Source: Phycisphaerales bacterium | Lineage (GTDB): Bacteria > Planctomycetota > Phycisphaerae > Phycisphaerales > UBA1924 | Assembly (NCBI GenBank): GCA_965227775.1 | Contig: OZ245777.1 | Location: 992,001 to 1,056,000 of the forward strand | Direction: 5' to 3' | DNA length: 64,000 nt | In this document: piece after piece, positions 58,492-64,000 of the stretch | How positions within the stretch are numbered: the first letter of the stretch is position 1 | Layout: the number at the start of each line of letters is the position of its first letter | Notes under the pieces: generated by a model | Database searches by the model: none | The model's input: only the letters and a program-made list of their open reading frames with translations | Told to the model about the DNA's origin: nothing | Translations under genes and position numbers: made by a program

Positions 58492-59352
58492 CTAGCGGGC
58501 GATGGGCTGGCGGTCGAGGCTCGGCGTGACCACCTGCGGCAGTTCGCGGCCGGCGGCGCACTCGCCCGGGCTCTTGCACACCACGACGGGATGATCGGGC
58601 AGATCGAAGCAGGCGCAGCCCTCGACACCGAAGACGGTGCGCAGGGTTGGCGTCGTCAGCACGTCGCGGCCGGAGCCATCGGCCGCGACACCGCCATCAT
58701 GGAGCGCCAGAATGCGCGGGAAGTGGCGCAGCGCGAGGCCGAGCTCGTGGATGACGCAGACAACGGTGACGCCCGTTTCGGTGTTGAGCTGGCGAAGCAG
58801 GTCGAGCAGTGAGAGCTGGTGCTCGATGTCCAGGCCGGTGAGCGGCTCGTCGAGCATGAGGTAGGCCGGCTCTTGGGCAAGCGTCGTGGCGAGGCGCACG
58901 CGCTGGCGTTCGCCGCCAGAGAGCGCTTCCATGCGGCGATCCGAAAGGTGCGCCACGCCGCAACGTTGCATGGCGCGGTCGATGGCGTAGTCGTGGGTTG
59001 CCTGATCGCCCGACCGGAAGAGCGATGCGAGGGCGCTCGCGTGCGCGTGGCGGCCCATGGCCACGTGCTCGCGCACCGTCGTGAGTTGCGGGAGGTCGGC
59101 GGATTGGGCGAGCAAGCCGCGGCGGCGCGCGAGCGTGCGTTTGGTGTAGCGATGCAGGGGCTTGGCATCGAGCGTGATGCTGCCGGCGGCGGGGCGGAGC
59201 AGGCCCGCGAGGGCGCGCAGCAGCGTGGACTTGCCCGAGCCGTTTGGGCCCACGATGGCGACCATCTCGCCCGGCTCGATCGTGAGATCGACGCCCGTGA
59301 GCACGCGGCGTGGCGGCAGGTCGACCGCGAGATTGCGCGCTTGGAGGGTCAT
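58492..59352 (-). CDS. Iron-siderophore/cobalamin-type ABC transporter ATP-binding protein
   Basis: GPNGSGKST, LSGGERQR, LDEP..LDIEHQ. Confidence 0.9.
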   Translation of the reverse strand: MTLQARNLAVDLPPRRVLTGVDLTIEPGEMVAIVGPNGSGKSTLLRALAGLLRPAAGSITLDAKPLHRYTKRTLARRRGLLAQSADLPQLTTVREHVAMGRHAHASALASLFRSGDQATHDYAIDRAMQRCGVAHLSDRRMEALSGGERQRVRLATTLAQEPAYLMLDEPLTGLDIEHQLSLLDLLRQLNTETGVTVVCVIHELGLALRHFPRILALHDGGVAADGSGRDVLTTPTLRTVFGVEGCACFDLPDHPVVVCKSPGECAAGRELPQVVTPSLDRQPIAR

Positions 59353-60398
59353 CGCAGCCACCCGGACTTGTAGAGCAAGAAGATGAAGTAGGGCCCGCCG
59401 ACGAGTCCGGTCACGACGCCCACCGGCAGCTCGCTGGGCGCGAGGACGGTGCGCGCGGCGAGGTCGGCCCAGAGCAGCAAAGCGCCGCCCGCGAAGGCGC
59501 TGACGGGCACGATGAAGCGGTTGGTGCCCATCGCCAGGCGAACGAGGTGCGGCACGACCAGGCCGACGAAGCCGACGAGGCCCGCGACGCTGGCGGCCGA
59601 GCCGGCGAGCAGCGCAGCGGCGGCAAACGCGAGCAGGCGCGTACGTTCGACGGAAATGCCCATCGTGCTGGCGGTGTCGTCGCCGAGCTCCAGCATGCGG
59701 ACGCGTGAGCGCAGGATGAACGCGAGGGTGAGGCCGACGACCGAGTAGGGCAGCACCATCCACACGTGGCTCCAGCCGCGGCCGTTGAACGAGCCTGCGG
59801 TCCAGAACATGACGGCGGGGATCCGGTCGGCGTACGCCGTGATAAGCACGCCGATGACGGCACCGAGGATGGCGTTGACGGCGACGCCCGCGAGCACCAT
59901 GCGGACGGGGCTTGTGCCACCCTTGCCGGCGCCGCCGGGGGTCCAGCTCACGGCGTAGACGAAGACGGCCGACGCCATCGCGCCAAGGAACGCGGCGAGC
60001 GGGAGCGCGTGGGCCGCGCTCGGAAATGCGGCAAGCACGATGGTCGCGCTCACGCCTGCACCCGCGGTGACACCGATGATGCCGGGATCGGCGAGCGGGT
60101 TGCGCGTGACGCCCTGGAGCAGCACGCCCGCGACGGCGAGGTTGGCGCCGGCGAGCAGCGCTACGAGTGCGCGCGGCAGGCGGGCGCTCATGATGATGCG
60201 TTCGCTCGTGCCCTCGCCCGCGCCCGTGAGCGTCGCGAATACCTCGGCCAGCGGGATGCGGACGGCGCCGAGCGCGAGCGACAGCGCCAGGCCCGTGAGG
60301 AGCACGAGAACGACGGCGCCGGGTGTTGCATAGCGACGCCACGCGGGGCGCGTAGCGGGGGCGACGGCAGCGGGTTGGCTGGCCGCCAGGGTGGTCAT
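59349..60398 (-). CDS. FecCD/BtuC family ABC permease
   Basis: RLPRAL, RNPLADPGIIG, GFVGLVVPH, ELPVG. Confidence 0.95.
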   Translation of the reverse strand: MTTLAASQPAAVAPATRPAWRRYATPGAVVLVLLTGLALSLALGAVRIPLAEVFATLTGAGEGTSERIIMSARLPRALVALLAGANLAVAGVLLQGVTRNPLADPGIIGVTAGAGVSATIVLAAFPSAAHALPLAAFLGAMASAVFVYAVSWTPGGAGKGGTSPVRMVLAGVAVNAILGAVIGVLITAYADRIPAVMFWTAGSFNGRGWSHVWMVLPYSVVGLTLAFILRSRVRMLELGDDTASTMGISVERTRLLAFAAAALLAGSAASVAGLVGFVGLVVPHLVRLAMGTNRFIVPVSAFAGGALLLWADLAARTVLAPSELPVGVVTGLVGGPYFIFLLYKSGWLR

Positions 60399-61345
60399 TG
60401 CGTGGGGCGCGCTCCGTTGATCGCGTCGCGCACGTTTCGCAGCGCTTTGGTGGCCTCCGAGCCCGAACGCATCGCGTAGAGGTCATCGGCCAGCATCGCG
60501 ATGTGGTCGCCCTTGACGGCCGAGAGCTGGCTCCACAGCGGGTCGCGGTCGAGCATCGCGCGGGCAGCCTGCTCGGGGCCGTGGAATACGACGAGCAGCA
60601 CGTCGGGGTCCTTCTGGACGACGGCCTCCATACTCAGGGGTGCCAGGCCGCGGAAGACGGCGTGCTCGGGCATGTCGCTGGTAACCAGTTCGCCGCCGGC
60701 GTGCGAGACGAGGTTGCCAAGGTAGCTGTCGGGCAGAAAGGCGTAGAAGGCCTGGGGCGTGCCAAAGACGGCAAGCACGCTCACGGGCTCGCTCTGGGCG
60801 CCCGACTCGATCGCCTCGAGCGTGCCGTCGAAGCTCTCGACCCACTGGTCGGCGAGATTGGGCTTGCCCACGAGCTCACCGATGGTGCGGGTGTGGGTGC
60901 GGATGTCTTCGAGCGTGTCGGCGTCCATGGTGATGACGCGTGCGTCGGTCGTGGCTTCGATCTGCGGCACGAACTGCGTGTACACGGCGCTCATGATGAC
61001 CACATCGGGGTCGGCGGCGATGAGCTGCTCTATGTTCGGGCCGGTCGAGTGGTCGAGGGCGCCCATCTCGATGCCTTGCCATGCTTCGGGCTGTCCGCCG
61101 CGAAGGGCGGGCACGAGCACGGGCATGACGCCGAGCTCGATGAGCTGGTCGACGGCGAATGGCAGTAGGGCGGCAACGCGTGGCGCTTCGGTTGCCTCCT
61201 CGTCGCTGCTGGGAGCGAGCCACGTCGTTGTCTTGGAGGCCTCTGTCGGCGTGGTCTCGGGCGCGGGGGCTTGCTGCTCGCACGCCGGCAAAAGGGCCAG
61301 GGAGAGGGCGGCACAACACGCGACAAGGGCGGCTCGGATGGACAT
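60395..61345 (-). CDS. ABC substrate-binding lipoprotein (Peripla_BP_2, helical backbone)
   Basis: LPAC lipobox, PNIEQLIAADPDVV, LSMEAVVQKDPDVL, LSAVK. Confidence 0.9.
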   Translation of the reverse strand: MSIRAALVACCAALSLALLPACEQQAPAPETTPTEASKTTTWLAPSSDEEATEAPRVAALLPFAVDQLIELGVMPVLVPALRGGQPEAWQGIEMGALDHSTGPNIEQLIAADPDVVIMSAVYTQFVPQIEATTDARVITMDADTLEDIRTHTRTIGELVGKPNLADQWVESFDGTLEAIESGAQSEPVSVLAVFGTPQAFYAFLPDSYLGNLVSHAGGELVTSDMPEHAVFRGLAPLSMEAVVQKDPDVLLVVFHGPEQAARAMLDRDPLWSQLSAVKGDHIAMLADDLYAMRSGSEATKALRNVRDAINGARPTQ

Positions 61346-61395
61346 AAGCGGATCGGCTCCTGGATTCCTTGGATCTGGGAACCGATGGTATCGTG

Positions 61396-61412
61396 TTGAG
61401 ACGCAGTCTCAA
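61396..61412. promoter_or_regulatory. Perfect 7-3-7 palindromic operator (Fur-family-like)
   Basis: TTGAGAC-GCA-GTCTCAA overlaps a minus-strand TTGAGA-N16-TACCAT promoter of the ABC operon. Confidence 0.75.
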
Positions 61413-61520
61413 TAGCCGGCGGGCCGTCGGCCCGGGAAACCGGTATGCAACATAAGGCCTGGCAGGGCGTAGTACGGTGTGGGGGACCGGTACCAGCAAC
61501 GGGATGACGAAGGGGGCCTG

Positions 61521-62516
61521 ATGGCTTCGGGCAGGAACGTCTCTCTCCAGACGCGGGGCTTCACGCTCATCGAGCTCCTGGTGGTGATCTCCATCATCGG
61601 TGTGCTTATGGGCATTCTCATCCCCGCGCTCGCAGGGGCCCGGCTGACCGCGCGTTCGACGGTGGGGGTGGCCAATCTGCGGAGCCTCTCGCAGCTCGTG
61701 ATGCTGTATGAGCACGAGCAGCGGTTCTTCCCGATGCCCTTCGATCCCGAAACCGACGCCCGAGCGCGGCGCGTGCCGGGATCGGACTGGAGCGATGCGC
61801 TCCACCCGTCGCTCGATCGCCCGATCTGGGACTTTGAGGTTCCGTCGGCCCCGCAGTGGAGCACCGAGTTCTTCGGCGTGTACTGGTACTCGTGGCTGAG
61901 CGACTGGAACGACCAGGGTGGGCGCGACACCGAGGTGCAGTTCTCGCCGGCCGACCGGCTCGCGCTCGACCAGCTCGCGCAGTACCGCTCGCTTCAGGAC
62001 AGCCGGGACGGGCTCTACCTGTATCCGTCGAGCTACTACATGAGCCCGACAATGTGGAGCGCGCCCAGCCGTTTCGGGGCGGGGGCTCGGGCGGCGATGG
62101 GGCCGGGCACCCTGGCGCCGATCTCGGTCGCGAGCATTGCGCAGCCGAGCGACAAGGTGCTGCTGTGGGAGCGGGCGGACTTCGCGAAGAACAACCGTGT
62201 GGCGATCAACGGCGGGAGCGCGTCGCGGCAGAAGATGGCGCCGAGCTGGTGCAACACCGAGGCGCGCCCGCACGTGGCAACCGGCGATGGCAGCGTGCGT
62301 CAGGCGGACATGCGCAAGATCGGTGAGGCCGCTGCGGAGAACGACGAGTTCCTGCCCGGCGGGCGCATCCAGCCGAGCGATCTGATGCCGCTGTACCCGA
62401 GCCGTGTGCCGTCGGGGCTCGATGCCATCGGTGGTGTTGCTACGACGGACGGCGAGCACCCGCTGTACTTCTGGGCTACGAACGGAGGGATTCGGGGGGT
62501 TGATCTTCCGAAGTAG
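61521..62516 (+). CDS. Prepilin-type N-terminal cleavage/methylation protein (DUF1559-like)
   Basis: [48 protein letters not shown]. Confidence 0.9.
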   Translation: MASGRNVSLQTRGFTLIELLVVISIIGVLMGILIPALAGARLTARSTVGVANLRSLSQLVMLYEHEQRFFPMPFDPETDARARRVPGSDWSDALHPSLDRPIWDFEVPSAPQWSTEFFGVYWYSWLSDWNDQGGRDTEVQFSPADRLALDQLAQYRSLQDSRDGLYLYPSSYYMSPTMWSAPSRFGAGARAAMGPGTLAPISVASIAQPSDKVLLWERADFAKNNRVAINGGSASRQKMAPSWCNTEARPHVATGDGSVRQADMRKIGEAAAENDEFLPGGRIQPSDLMPLYPSRVPSGLDAIGGVATTDGEHPLYFWATNGGIRGVDLPK

Positions 62517-63327
62517 GCTTGGGCGTGTGCACTTCGGCGAGCACGCGACTGACGCAACGCCGGGCCACTCGCAGCCGCTTCGCGTGCACGACGACCAGCA
62601 TCGCGAGGCCCAAGAGCACGAGCAGCACGCTCGCTTGGATGAGCACGCCGATCGAGACCGCGACCATCGCGAAGACGAGGATCGAGCCGTATCCGAGCAC
62701 GAGCTCGAACGATGTCCACGATGGATTCACGCCGCACCGCTTGATGATCGACGACGTGTGCTCGAAGAGGCAGAACGCCAGCACGCCCGCGCTGGCGACC
62801 GAGATCGGGATCGCGATGAGCAGCAAGAAGCCCGCGATGCCGCCGGTTGCCAGCGCGAGCACGATCGCGATTCCCGTTGGCCCGACGCACCACCAGTATG
62901 CCTTGGCAACGCTCTTGCGCGTGGGTTGATCGAGGGTGGCTCGCGCGAATCGGTGCTTCCTCACGATCGTGCCCGAGATCACGAGCCCGGCAGCGCATCC
63001 GAGCAGAATGAGGACCGCTCCGAGCACGAATAGCAGCTCGACAGGTACTCGATGAGAGTTCGGGTAGAGCAAAACCGTGATCGTGTAGGTTGCGGCAATG
63101 AGTGCGAGGCCCGAAAGAAGCACGACTTCGCTCACGAACAGGCTTCGGAGCTGGGAGCTCGTCGATCGGATGAACCGAGGGTGCGCCTCGCGCAACGCAT
63201 CGGTGGGGAAGGTCGTCGGGGCTTGGTATCCGCACTCTGGGCACGGCACGCCCCAGGCCAGACCGGCGAGGTCGTACTTGCAGCTCGCGCAGGCGATTCC
63301 TTGCGGGATGTGTTCGCCTTCGGGCAT
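62476..63327 (-). CDS. Hypothetical multi-TM protein with N-terminal zinc ribbon
   Basis: CASCKYDLAGL...CPECG followed by about six TM segments. Confidence 0.7.
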   Translation of the reverse strand: MPEGEHIPQGIACASCKYDLAGLAWGVPCPECGYQAPTTFPTDALREAHPRFIRSTSSQLRSLFVSEVVLLSGLALIAATYTITVLLYPNSHRVPVELLFVLGAVLILLGCAAGLVISGTIVRKHRFARATLDQPTRKSVAKAYWWCVGPTGIAIVLALATGGIAGFLLLIAIPISVASAGVLAFCLFEHTSSIIKRCGVNPSWTSFELVLGYGSILVFAMVAVSIGVLIQASVLLVLLGLAMLVVVHAKRLRVARRCVSRVLAEVHTPKPTSEDQPPESLRS

Positions 63328-63427
63328 CGCCCAGTGTACGTCTGCGTGATTTTCGGTCCTGCGAATGGTCGTTTGTGGTGCGGCGGTTTCCGATATAATG
63401 GAGGCGTACGGAGTGCCGGAGGGCCCA

Positions 63428-63946
63428 ATGGGCAAGCGTGAGTTCGAGGACAGCTTCGCGGGAGTTGGTCGCAAGATCGACGATGCGCTCAATGCCGGCG
63501 GTGAGGCCCGGCGGCGGCTGCACAACCGAATGGCCACCGGCGGGCTCTTCGAGCGCTTCCAGCGACAGAGCGATGGGCCGGGCATGCGAGAGCGGCTGGG
63601 TGAACGCGTCTCCGCGTGGCGCGAGGACATGCAGGGCGGCACGATGAGCCCGAGGCTGGTCGTCGGCGCGTTCGGTGCCGGCGCCGGGCTGGTGCTCGTG
63701 GTCGGGCTGGTGCTCGTATTCGGGTTTGGCATGTTCCGGGGCACGGGCCTGACGTCGGCGGACCTTGAGCGCGATGCGCAGCTGCGAGCGGCGGCCGAGC
63801 GGGCGCAGGCGGAGCGCGAGGGCACGCTGAACCCCGCGGCCATGGTGCAACAGCAGGGGCGGGACCGCGCGATGGCCGCCGAGGCCGATTCGGCGCAGTC
63901 CGCCTCGCGGGAATCCGCCATGCGCGGCCAGCGCCCGGGCGGGTAG
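63428..63946 (+). CDS. Hypothetical single-TM protein
   Basis: TATAAT at 63394, GGAG RBS, one hydrophobic segment. Confidence 0.6.
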   Translation: MGKREFEDSFAGVGRKIDDALNAGGEARRRLHNRMATGGLFERFQRQSDGPGMRERLGERVSAWREDMQGGTMSPRLVVGAFGAGAGLVLVVGLVLVFGFGMFRGTGLTSADLERDAQLRAAAERAQAEREGTLNPAAMVQQQGRDRAMAAEADSAQSASRESAMRGQRPGG

Positions 63947-64000
63947 CCCGAACGGCCGTCGTACAATGCTGCGTTGAGTGACGAATCCACGAACGACGGC

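Noticed and set aside
1..64000. Many long antisense or alternative-frame ORFs (e.g. 6136-8100, 27162-29687, 17892-19721, 41430-42974, 43004-44512, 55665-57164)
   Set aside because: Shadow ORFs of high-GC coding sequence. They overlap well-supported genes and show no family motifs.

Overview
High-GC chromosomal window, most likely from a Phycisphaerales planctomycete. This is inferred from C-terminal 'CxADxDGDGxLTIFDFLxFQNxF' (GC-type dockerin-like) tags, a PAP-type PEP-CTERM tail and prepilin-type (DUF1559-like) genes. It holds about 62 genes and one tRNA-Ser(GCT): housekeeping genes (bamA, map, elbB, pdhB/pdhC, gpsA, dusB, ribB, nuoF, dihydroorotase) interleaved with secreted and membrane hypotheticals. 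I saw no CRISPR array, rRNA, integrase or transposase. Two things stand out. (1) At 52523-56771 a compact, translationally coupled operon (HTH regulator, ABC ATPase, Mom-like GNAT, terminase large subunit) is divergent from a LexA/CI-type repressor across overlapping promoters, with no portal, capsid, tail or integrase nearby. It is a candidate domesticated, damage-inducible DNA packaging/modification module. (2) A TTGAGAC-N3-GTCTCAA palindrome recurs four times over predicted promoters of a FecCD-type ABC importer, two prepilin-type genes, two His-motif surface proteins and a TolB-like protein, suggesting an undescribed metal-uptake regulon. Several enzymes have lost canonical catalytic or ligand residues. 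All calls come from reading motifs by eye; no database search was run.
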